This document shows, in pieces, positions 50,362 through 59,795 of a stretch of 64,000 bases of DNA (the stretch's first letter is position 1; every line of letters begins with the position of its first letter). Made by a program: the position numbers and the translations under genes. The notes under the pieces are model-generated. The model had not been told where the DNA came from. It did no database searches and was given only the letters and a program-made list of their open reading frames with translations. Source of the stretch: an uncultured delta proteobacterium (lineage in GTDB: Bacteria; Desulfobacterota; Binatia; Binatales; Binataceae); contig CAWEEQ010000004.1 in NCBI GenBank assembly GCA_963808235.1, positions 2,880,001 to 2,944,000 on the forward strand. Reading direction: 5' to 3'.

Positions 50362-52060
50362 CTATCGCGAGGCCTCGGATTTCTGAGGCGCGGGCGCGGC
50401 ATTCGGCGCCACAGCGGGCGGCTGGACGTCTGCATGCGCCCACGCCTTCTTGAATCGATCCTCGACTGTAGCGCTCTCGTCGGACGCGTTTCTCGCGCGA
50501 AGACATATCGCAAGTTCTTCGAGCGCCCATCCATCTTCGGGATACTGCTTCAAGTCGTCGCGAAATACCTGCTCCGCGTCCGCGGTCTTGCCGTCTTCGA
50601 TCATCTCGATGCCGAGAGTCTCACGGACCGGGTAGTACCAGACCGGAGGTTCTTCGTAGTTGAGTGAATCCTGAAGCGCGACCGCATCGCGAAGAGACTT
50701 TATCGCATCGTCATGGCGGCCCTCAGCGGATTCGATCTCGCCCGTCAGCGTCGACGAACCAATCTGCAAGCAATTTTTTTCCCGAGTTGAATCCGACGAT
50801 GCGATCGTCGGGCATCGCGGCAACGATAGCGTCGAGCGCGGCCTGCTCCTTGTTCGCCCTGTCAAGGCGTTTTTTCCCGACCAGCGCGAGTCCGCGCGCG
50901 TAATGCCATATTCCAGTTGAGTACTGCAGATCGGCAGGTGGCGCGGGCTCTTTGAGAATCGCGTCCCATCGGCTGAAACGAGCCTCGGTGAAATAGCGCG
51001 ACGGTACTTCGGCCATCGGCATCTGACGGACGGTCGCGACCGGCACCGCGGCCTCGAGCAGGCGTGACGCCTTCGTCGCGCCCTTGCTGTTGCCCTCCAT
51101 CATGTACGACTCCCACAGGAACTGGATGTTGTGCGGGTAGTACATCATTGGATACATGCCGGTGGGATTTCGCGCGCCGATGTACAAACGGTCGTCCTTG
51201 ATCGCGCTCAAGTTGGCGTCGGCGGAGGCATCGTAATTGCCGACTCGAAAGTAGATGTGCGACGGCATGTGCACCAAATGGCCGGCGGCGGGCGCCAGCT
51301 TTGGAAGCCGATCGGCGCTCGCGAGCGCGCGGCCCGGATCGTTCGAAGCTTCGACCGCGTGGATGTAATAGTGATTGGCGCCGACGTGGTTTGGATACTT
51401 CGCGATCACACCCTCGAGCGTCGCGACAATTTCGTCGGTGCCCGCGGCCGGCGTGCCATCGGCGTTCCAGAGCTTCCACGGATGCAAGTCCATCATCGAT
51501 TCGGCAAACAGCGCGCCCGCGTCGGGATCGTCGGGATTGCGATGCGCCACGTTGCGCATCGCGTCGGCATACGCTTGCTGTAGCGCGTCGTTCATCTTGC
51601 CGTCCGGCGCGTAACGTTTCGCCAGCGCCTCGATGTACTGGCGCTCCGGATCGCTCACGTTCGCTTCGAGTGATTGCGCTTTTTTGATTGCCTCGTAAGC
51701 AGCTTTGCCGCGATCGGTATCTTCGGGCAGGTTGATATTGGGCCCGAGCGACAGCGCGATTCCCCAATACGCCATCGCCATATTGGGATCGAGTCGCGCT
51801 GCTTCCTTGAACGAACCCGCGGCTTCGTCGTGATTGAAGGCATAGACAAAAGTGAGTCCCTGATCGAAAAAGCGCTGCGCGAGAGGCGAATTTGTCGTGA
51901 CGGCATGATGCAGATTGCCGAGCCCGTCGAAGATCGGCTCACGCGCGGAGTCTGCCGCAGGAGACGGTTCGGACGACGGCGCAGTCTCGGCTACGGATGC
52001 GCTCGCAAACGCAATGGAAAAAATCAGGGCAGCGGCCGCAAAAACGACGCGTCGATTCAT
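50362..52060 (-). CDS. Secreted TPR protein, frameshift at about 50770
   Basis: YAFNHDEA, GPNIN, GANHYYIH, GHLVHMPSHIY, YYPHN, then YEEPPVWYYP in another frame. Confidence 0.82.
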
Positions 52061-52178
52061 GGCGCTTCTCCAGCACGATTGTGGTAACACGCCGCCCGCA
52101 AATCGCAAAGCTCGCAGCGCTGGTGGACTTGCCGGCCTCGCACGCGGCAAGATTATCGAGGCGGCGCGGCCGCTCGCG

Positions 52179-54147
52179 ATGAATCCCGAAACGGTACCCA
52201 ATTCCTCCGACATAACACCCGGCTTCGGCGGGCTTCGCGTGGTCGCATTCGAGAGCCGGATGGCTACCGAAGTTGCGACCATGATCGAGCGCCGCGGCGG
52301 TATCGCGATCGTCGCGCCTGCGATGCGCGAGGTGCCGCTCGAGGACAACCACGCCGCGCTCGACTTCGCCGCTCGCCTGCTCGCGGGCGAATTCGACGCA
52401 GTCGTGTTCATGACCGGCGTCGGCACGCGTGCGCTGTTCCAGGCGATTGAAACGCGTCATCAGCGCGCCGCGATCGTGCGCCGCACTCGCGCGCCTCATC
52501 ACGGTTGCGCGCGGACCCAAACCGATTCGCGCGCTCCGCGATCTCGGCGTCGAGCCCTCGATAGTCGTGCCGGAACCGAATACATGGCGCGAGGTGCTGA
52601 ACGCGCTCGCATCGCAGGTTGATCTCAAGGGCAAGCGCGTCGCGGTGCAGGAATATGGCGTCTCCAATCATGAGCTGACCGCGGGACTCGAAGCGCGCGG
52701 CGCTCGCGTCACGATCGTGCCGGTGTATCGATGGACTTTGCCGGTTGACCGCGCGCCGCTGCGTGCGGCGATGAACGCAATCGCGTCGGGCAACGCCGAT
52801 GTCGCGATCTTCACCAGCTCCAACCAGGTCACCAACGTCATCCAACTGGCGGAAGCCGAAGGTATCGGCGCCGAGGTGAAGCGCGGATTCTCGCGCATCG
52901 CGGTCGGCTCGATCGGTCCGGTCTGCTCGGAGCAGATTCGCGCGTACGGGCTCACCGTGGACTTCGAGCCGGAGCACTCGAAGCTCGGCCATCTTGTGAA
53001 GGAGGCCGCGTCCGAGGCGCCTCGGATTCTTGCCGCGAAGCGCGATCGGAAAGTTCAGATCGAAGTTGTCGGATCGCCGAAACAGTCGCGCGCTGCGATC
53101 GCGATCCCCGAGCGTTCTCTGCTCGCCGATCATGCGATGATGAAAGCGTGCCGGCGCGAGGTAACCACCTACACGCCGATCTGGCTGATGCGCCAGGCGG
53201 GCCGTTATATGCCCGAGTATCGGCGCGTTCGCGAGCGTCACGGCTTTATCGAGATGTGCCGGCGTCCGGAGCTCGCTGCCGAAGTCACCATCACCGCCGT
53301 CGAGCGGCTCAAGGTGGATGCCGCGATCATTTTCGCCGACATCCTGCTGCCGCTGATTCCGATGGAAGTCGGACTGCATTACGAAACCGGCGACGGTCCG
53401 GTGATCGATCGTCCGATACGCACCGCCGCCGATCTCGAACGTATCCCCGCGGTCGATCCCGCCGCGCTCGGCTTCGTCGGCGAATCAATCAAGCTGGTGC
53501 ACTCCGCGATCGGCGCGACGACTCCGCTGATCGGATTTGCCGGCGCGCCATTCACGCTCGCCTCGTACCTGATCGAGGGCGGCTCGTCGCGCCAGTATCA
53601 GACCACGAAGACTTTCATGTACACGCAGCCCGAGACGTGGCATCGCCTGATGGAGATGCTCGCGCGGACTACCGCCGACTATCTGAAGATGCAAATCGCC
53701 GCCGGCGCCGACATCGTGCAGATTTTCGATAGCTGGGTGGGCAGTCTCGGCCCCGACGATTACCGCCGCTTCGTGCTGCCGCATACGGCGTCTGTGATCG
53801 CCGCGATTCCGGCGAACGTTCCCGTCATTCACTTCGGCACCGTGACCGGCAATCTTCTCGAGTTGATGCGCGAGGCGGGCGGCGACGTGATCGGCCTTGA
53901 TTGGCGCGTCGATCTCGCCGACGCGTGGGCGCGCCTCCATTACGATGTCGCGGTGCAAGGCAACCTCGATCCGATCGCACTTTTCGCCGACGTTAGCGAA
54001 ATTCGATCGCGCGCGCGCGCGATTCTCGACCAGGCAGCCGGCCGCCCCGGCCACATCTTCAACCTGGGACACGGAATCCTTCCCGAGACGCCGGTCGATC
54101 ATGTCATTGCACTCGTCGATGCGGTCCATGAAATGAGTCAACGATAG
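52179..54147 (+). CDS. hemE: Fused uroporphyrinogen-III synthase / uroporphyrinogen decarboxylase, frameshift at about 52482
   Basis: HemD part: FESR, MTGVG, VARGPKP, VYRW, SIGP. It continues without a stop into HemE: PIWLMRQAGRY, FADIL, QIFDSW, IFNLGHG. Confidence 0.9.
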
Positions 54148-54166
54148 TCATGAGTCAACGATAGTC
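54133..54166 (+). repeat. Perfect 17-bp tandem duplication spanning the hemE stop
   Basis: ATGAGTCAACGATAGTC x2. Confidence 0.9.
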
Positions 54167-54183
54167 GTCTCGACGATCTGTTC

Positions 54184-55108
54184 ATGAGCGCGAAGGCAAA
54201 GTGCGATTCGGTCTTGATGGTCGGATTCGGCGGACCGACGCGCCCAGATGAAGTGCGGCCGTTTCTCGATAACGTGCTGCGCGGACGCCCGGTGCCGCGC
54301 GAGCGCTACGAAGCCGTCGTGCATCACTACGAACTGCTCGGCGGCAAGTCACCCTACAATGAATTGACGATGCGCCAGGCGGATGCGTTGCGCATCGAGC
54401 TCGCCAGAAAAAATACAAACGTGCCGGTCGCAGTCGGGATGCGCAACTGGAATCCGTATGTCGCCGACTCGATGCGCGCACTCGCTAAGAACGGTGCTCG
54501 ACGCGTGCTCGCATTTATCCTCGCGGCCCATCGATGCGAAGCAAGCTGGGAGCGTTACCAGCAAACCGTGCACGACGCTCAGACCAACACCGGCGAGTCG
54601 GAAATCGAAGTCGTGTATCCGGAGCCGTGGCACGACCATCCCCTATTCATCAAGGCGGTCGCTTCGCGCACCCGCGAGGCCCTCGCATCGTCTCGACGCC
54701 AGTGCGCGGTCGCGCGCGATTCTCATCTTCACCGCGCACAGTATTCCGGTCGCGATGGCCGAGGCGAGTCGGTACGTCGAGCAACTTACCGAGTCGGCAC
54801 GGATGGTTGCGTCCGATCTCGGCGTTAGCGCGTGGCAGTTTGCGTATCAGAGCCGCAGCGGCAGTCCGCGCGACCAATGGCTCGAACCCGGCATCAACCA
54901 AACGATTCGCGATCTCGACGCCAATGTCGCGGTCGTCGTGCCGATCGGTTTTCTGTGCGATCACGTCGAGGTCCTGTACGATCTGGATATCGAAGCGGCG
55001 CAAATCGCGCGCGAAGCAGGAATCCGCTTTGAGCGCGCACCGACCGTCGGCGATCATCCGTTGTTCGTCGAAATGATGGCGTCGATAGTCCGCGGCCACG
55101 TCTGCTGA
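54184..55108 (+). CDS. hemH: Ferrochelatase, frameshift at about 54690
   Basis: FGGP, GGKSP, GMRNWNP, FTAHSIP, YQSRSG, WLEP, GFLCDHVEVLYDLDIE. Confidence 0.9.
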
Positions 55109-55219
55109 GAGTCCGTGAGTTTTTCAAAAGTCTTTGTGTCACCCTAGAGCGCAGCGAAAGCCTGTCCTGAGCTCTGTCGATCGGAATCCCGGATCGATCT
55201 CGGCGAATGGAAAAACCCA

Positions 55220-55274
55220 GTGGCACGGGCGTCCCTGCCCGTGGATCGATGCGCGAGCTTCCTGCTCGCGCCAC
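55220..55274. repeat. REP doublet (REPIN-like, GTGG-tagged)
   Basis: GTGGCACGGGCGTCCCTGCCCGTG and inverted partner GCGCGAGCTTCCTGCTCGCGCCAC. Confidence 0.6.
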
Positions 55275-55618
55275 CACCCTTTCTAGGAGACTTCTTGCAT
55301 AACTGGCTGTTGGGAATTGCTTATCCTACTGGCGCGCCTCTTTTTTGTGTCATTCTAGAGCGAAGCGAAGAATCCCGGTCTTTCTTTTCTCCCCCTCCGT
55401 CATCCCCCGTCCGTCATCTTGAGCGGAGGCTGCCGGAGTAAAATGCTCGGAGCCTGCCCTGAGTATTCTCGAAGGGCGAAGCGATGCTCTTTCTTTTTTC
55501 TTTGTGCCTTCTCCTTGTGTCATTCTAGAGCGAAGCGAAGAATCCCGGCTCCAATTTCTGCGATCTAGTCTTTGTGTCATTCTAGAGCGAAGCGAAGAAT
55601 CCCGGATCCGAAAGCTCG

Positions 55619-55918
55619 ATGCGGAAAACAGCTCACAGCAAGAACTACTACGTTTACATAATGAGCAGCCTGTCGCGTACTCTCTACACCGGGGTAACCA
55701 ATGACCTCGAGCGACGTGTGAACGAACATAGGAGTGGCGCAATACCTGGATTCACCAGACGCTACAAAATCGACCGTCTAGTTTATTTTCAGGAAACCAA
55801 CGACATCGGCGAGGCAATCGCTGCGGAGAAACAGATCAAAGGCTTGCTGCGGCCAAAAAAGATAGCGCTGATCGAGGAGGAAAACCCGACTTGGCGCGAT
55901 TTGAGTGCTGAGCCGTAA
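55619..55918 (+). CDS. Stand-alone GIY-YIG endonuclease (YhbQ/UPF0213-like)
   Basis: YYVYIM..LYTGVTNDLERRVNEH, FTRRY, LVYFQE, AIAAEKQIK, KKIALIEEENPTWRDL. Catalytic Y/R/H/E pattern intact. Confidence 0.95.
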   Translation: MRKTAHSKNYYVYIMSSLSRTLYTGVTNDLERRVNEHRSGAIPGFTRRYKIDRLVYFQETNDIGEAIAAEKQIKGLLRPKKIALIEEENPTWRDLSAEP

Positions 55919-56369
55919 CAAAAAACCGGGATTCTTCGCTTCGCTCTAGAATGACACAAAACTCAGAAGACAAACGGACTCAGGATCTCTGAGCAGAGTC
56001 CGATTCTTGTGTCATTCTAAGGCCAAGCGAAAGCCTGCCCTGAGCCCTGTCGGAGGGAATCCCGGATCCAATTTCTGCGATCTAATCTTTGTGTCATTCT
56101 AGAGCGAAGCGAAGAATCCCGGATCCAATTTCTGCGATCTAATTCTTTGCGTCATTACTAAGGCCAAGCGAAAGCCTGCCCTGAGTCCTGTCGACGGGAA
56201 TCCCGGATCTAATTTCTGCGATCTAATCTTTGTGTCATTCTAGAGCGAAGCGAAGAATCCCGGCTCCAAGCTCTGCGATCTTTGTGTCATTCTAGAGCGA
56301 AGCGAAGAATCCGGATCCGGAAGCTCGATGCGGAAAACAACCCGTAAGCGCTTCGCATGAGCGCTTCAA

Positions 56370-57797
56370 GTGACCTCCAACCCGAACATCAAGCTCGTCG
56401 CGATAATCGGCGCGGGAATCACGGGCCTGAGCGCGGCGTATCGACTGCGCGAACTCGCCGCTGCGCACGAACGCCCGCTCGAAGTGATCGTGCTCGAGCG
56501 CGGCGCGCATTTCGGCGGCCCGCTTGAAACAATTCGCCGCGACGGGTTCGTTATAGAGACTGGCGCCGACTCATTCCTCTCCGAAAAACCCTGGGCCGCC
56601 GATCTCGCGCGCCGACTCGGCATCGGGATCGAACTGATTCCGACCCGCGACGTTTACCGCAAGACGTTCGTCGTTCGCGCCGGGAAACTGGTAGAGATCC
56701 CCGCGGGATTTTCGCTGCTCGCGCCGGCGCATCTCGGCCCTGTTTTCAAAAGTCCACTCTTCTCGACGGCCGGCAAACTCCGCATCGCGCTTGAACCCTT
56801 GATCCCCGCGCGCGCGAGCGATTCCGACGAAAGCCTCGCATCATTTGTGACGCGAAGACTCGGGCGCGAGGTACTCGATCGCGTCGCGCAGGCGCTGGCC
56901 GGCGGAATCTACACCGCCGATCCTGAGCGGCTCAGCATCGCGGCGACGATGCCGCGATTTGTCGAGATGGAACGCCGCTATGGGAGCGTCATCAAAGGAC
57001 TTCGCGCGGCCGAACAAACTCGCGCGTCGAAAAGCGCGGAGGTGAGCGGCGCAAGATGGAGCCTGTTCCAGAGCTTCAGCAATGGAATGGCGACCTTGCC
57101 GGAGACGCTGGTCACCAAGCTCGGCGGCGCGATTCGCAAAGCGGCGGAAGTCGTCGCGATTTCGCGCAGCGGCGAGCGATGGAGGCTCGCGATCGCGGGT
57201 GGAGACTCCATCGAGGCCGACGCTGTAGTCTGCGCGGCACCCGCATTCGCCGCTTCGCGCATTCTGTCGACGCTCGCTCCCAGAGCCGCCGAGCTGCTCG
57301 GCGCAATCAGCTATGCGTCCGCGGCGACGGTCAATTTGACTTTCCGCGAGAGCGACTTCGCGCGTCCGCCCGAGGCGTTCGGCTTCGTCGTGCCGGCGTG
57401 CGAGCATCGGCGCATCATCGCGGGCAGCTTCTCCAGCTTCAAGTTCGAAGGACGAGCACCCGCGGGCGCAATCCTCGCGCGCGCATTCGTCGGCGGCGTG
57501 ATGCAACAATCGATGATGCGACTTTCCGACGACGAAATCGTCGCCGCGGTGCGCGACGAGTTTCGCGCCCTGCTCGGCGTCGAGGCCGCCCCCGGAGCGG
57601 TCGAAGTCAGGCGATGGCCCGACTCGATGCCTCAGTACGAAGTCGGCCATCTCGATCGCGTCGCCGAGATCGAACGCCTCGTCGCCGCGCTTCCCGCATT
57701 CGCAATCGCGGGCGCGGCCTATCGCGGAGTTGGCGTACCCGACTGCGTTCGCAGCGGCGAGCAAGCCGCCGACGCGATCTTTGCCGCAACACAATGA
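56370..57797 (+). CDS. hemY: Protoporphyrinogen/coproporphyrinogen oxidase, HemY type
   Basis: IIGAGITGL, ETGADSF, GIYTAD, FGFVVP, MPQYEVGH, GVGVPDC. Confidence 0.93.
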   Translation: MTSNPNIKLVAIIGAGITGLSAAYRLRELAAAHERPLEVIVLERGAHFGGPLETIRRDGFVIETGADSFLSEKPWAADLARRLGIGIELIPTRDVYRKTFVVRAGKLVEIPAGFSLLAPAHLGPVFKSPLFSTAGKLRIALEPLIPARASDSDESLASFVTRRLGREVLDRVAQALAGGIYTADPERLSIAATMPRFVEMERRYGSVIKGLRAAEQTRASKSAEVSGARWSLFQSFSNGMATLPETLVTKLGGAIRKAAEVVAISRSGERWRLAIAGGDSIEADAVVCAAPAFAASRILSTLAPRAAELLGAISYASAATVNLTFRESDFARPPEAFGFVVPACEHRRIIAGSFSSFKFEGRAPAGAILARAFVGGVMQQSMMRLSDDEIVAAVRDEFRALLGVEAAPGAVEVRRWPDSMPQYEVGHLDRVAEIERLVAALPAFAIAGAAYRGVGVPDCVRSGEQAADAIFAATQ

Positions 57798-59030
57798 CTA
57801 TCGAAACCACCGCGCACTGGCCGCGCATCATCGCGCATGCCGACATGGACGCGTTCTACGCCTCGGTCGAGGAGCTGGATAATCCTGCGATTGCGCGGAC
57901 TCCCTGTCATCGTCGGCGGCAGCAGCGCGCGCGGCGTCGTCACCTCGGCGTCGTATGCGGCGCGCAAATTTGGCGTGCGCTCCGCGATGCCGACCGCGCA
58001 GGCGCGCAAACTCTGTCCCGACGCTGTTTTCGTGCCCGGGCGGATGTCGCGCTACATCGAAATCTCGCGCATCGTTCGCCGCGTGTTCGAAAGCTTCAGC
58101 CCGGTCGTCGAACCGCTCTCGCTCGACGAGGCCTTTATCGATCTGACCGGCACCGAGCGCCTGCTCGGACCGCCACTCGACGCCGCGCGCGACCTGAAAG
58201 CGCGCGTGCTCGAGGAAACCGGCCTGGTCGTGTCGGTAGGTATCGCGCCAACCAAGATGGCGGCGAAAATACTCAGCGACTTGTCGAAGCCTGATGGGCT
58301 GCTCTGCGTCGGGCCGGAACATCTGCGCGATGTGCTCACGCCGCTGCCCGTCGAGCGGCTGTGGGGCGTCGGCCGCGTAACACTCGTACGCATGCACGAC
58401 GCGGGGATCAAGACGATCGGCGATCTTGCGATGCGCGACGTCGGCGCGCTGAAGGGCCTCTTTGGCAGCATGGGTCCGCATCTGCACGAGCTGGCGTCGG
58501 GCCACGACTCGCGCTCGGTAATCGCCGACTGGCAGCGCAAGTCGTACGGTGAGGAAAATACTTTCGCGCACGATCATGCGCTCGATTCGCTCGAACTCCG
58601 CCGCATACTGATCGCGCACGGCGACGCGATCGCGCGGCGTTTGCGCGCCGACGGAGTGCGCGCCCGCACCGTGACTCTGAAAGTCAAACTCGCGCGTCCG
58701 CTCGGCGGCGGCCGCTATCCGCTGATCACGCGCAGCTACTCGCTCGAAAAACCAACCAACGACGGCCCGGAAATTTCAAGCGTAGCAATTCGACTATTGA
58801 AAAAAATTCGCGAGAAAGAAAAAATTCGCCTCGCCGGCGTGCAGGTGCATCAACTCGAACGCGCCAACGACGCGCAACTCGGATTGTTCGAGTCCGCCCC
58901 CGTCGACGACCGCAAACGCGACCGCCTCAATCGCGCGCTAGACAGCGTCGCAAAAAAGTTCGGCGAAGACGCAGTCACCCGCGGCCTCGCCCGCGCCGAA
59001 AAAGCCGCCCCCACCACGCGAATCAAGTGA
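57794..59030 (+). CDS. dinB: DNA polymerase IV, frameshift at about 57885
   Basis: HADMDAFYASVE, then ASYAARKFGV, SLDEAF, SKPDG, LWGVG; ATGA overlap with hemY. Confidence 0.92.
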
Positions 59031-59096
59031 CCTGAGCATGATCGCGGACGAACCAATCGCAGCCTGATAAGCAGACGTGCGTTTCATCTGGTCGCA

Positions 59097-59330
59097 GCAC
59101 CCGAAGCTCGCGCCGCGAGCGCAGAAGATGGAACTCGGACAGCTTCGCGCAGCCGGCATACTGTCATCCTGACCGAAGCTCGCGGCACGCGAGCGCAGGA
59201 GAAGGATCTCGGACAGCTTCGCGCCAGCGAAGCCGGTACCGGTTTTGGGATCGCGAAGCGGTCCTTGCTTATGGAGTCTGTAAGCCTCCGCCATTCTTTT
59301 TGGATGCAGCGTCGCGAAACCGGAACCGGC
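59097..59330. repeat. Tandem degenerate TGTC-family repeats plus an inverted repeat
   Basis: 59101-59150 resembles 59173-59224 (CCGAAGCTCGCG..CGCGAGCGCAG..CTCGGACAGCTTCGCGC). The second copy starts TGTCATCCT..AGGATCT. Inverted pair GCCGGTACCGGTTT (59232) / AAACCGGAACCGGC (ending 59330). Confidence 0.7.
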
Positions 59331-59392
59331 GGGCGCATCAAATGATTGGCGCAAGATCGCGGCGACAAATCGCGGCACCCTGACGACTCCGA

Positions 59393-59770
59393 CTAGCGAA
59401 GCGTTCCGCGAGTGCCGGGGTTCCGATTGAGCCTCCATATCGTCCAGCCTAGCCCTAGGCCAATACCTGCGCAGTAACTCCACATAGCTAGCGAATATTG
59501 ACGAGGATAAGATGAGTATATCGAGGTCGCGTCAAAGTGCCATTTCAGGAAATACGGATATCCATAACCGTATGATAGGACGATGACAGGACTCGCGAAC
59601 AATAGCACTCTCTGAACCATCCGCCATCGAGAGTCACGCAGAGAATACTGACGTAATTTTTTTGCGGCTCCCACCAGAGGTAGGATAACGAGCCCCTGCA
59701 GTAACCCCAGCAACCATGACCAAGCTGTGAGCGGTTCCAGCAGTGACGCAAGGTGCTGAATTATCGGCAT
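59393..59770 (-). CDS. Hypothetical membrane protein (about 3 TM)
   Basis: Hydrophobic segments, lower GC than flanks. Confidence 0.5.
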   Translation of the reverse strand: MPIIQHLASLLEPLTAWSWLLGLLQGLVILPLVGAAKKLRQYSLRDSRWRMVQRVLLFASPVIVLSYGYGYPYFLKWHFDATSIYSSYPRQYSLAMWSYCAGIGLGLGWTIWRLNRNPGTRGTLR

Positions 59771-59795
59771 CGTACCTTGAAGTGCGGGTTCGCGA

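Larger units (their letters stand above)
55131..56339. repeat. Array of TGTC-tagged palindromic repeats surrounding a GIY-YIG gene
   Basis: Core TGTCATTCTAGAGCGAAGCGAAGAATCCCGG occurs forward at 55348, 55518, 55575, 56092, 56233, 56285 and reversed at 55926-55956. Long variants with a 25-bp insert at 55137, 56010, 56150; degenerate copy at 55412. Confidence 0.95.

Noticed and set aside
55220-55742. ORFs 55220-55441, 55350-55742 and 55504-55704
   Set aside because: Translations of the repeat (CVILERSEES / RDSSLRSRMT); spurious.
55131-56339. CRISPR array
   Set aside because: Sequences between repeats are conserved linkers or irregular in length, not unique spacers. One copy is inverted and there are no cas genes.
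52179-59030. Pseudogenes or programmed frameshifting in hemD-hemE, hemH and dinB
   Set aside because: No slippery heptamers or decay are evident. The window-wide indel rate points to sequencing error.
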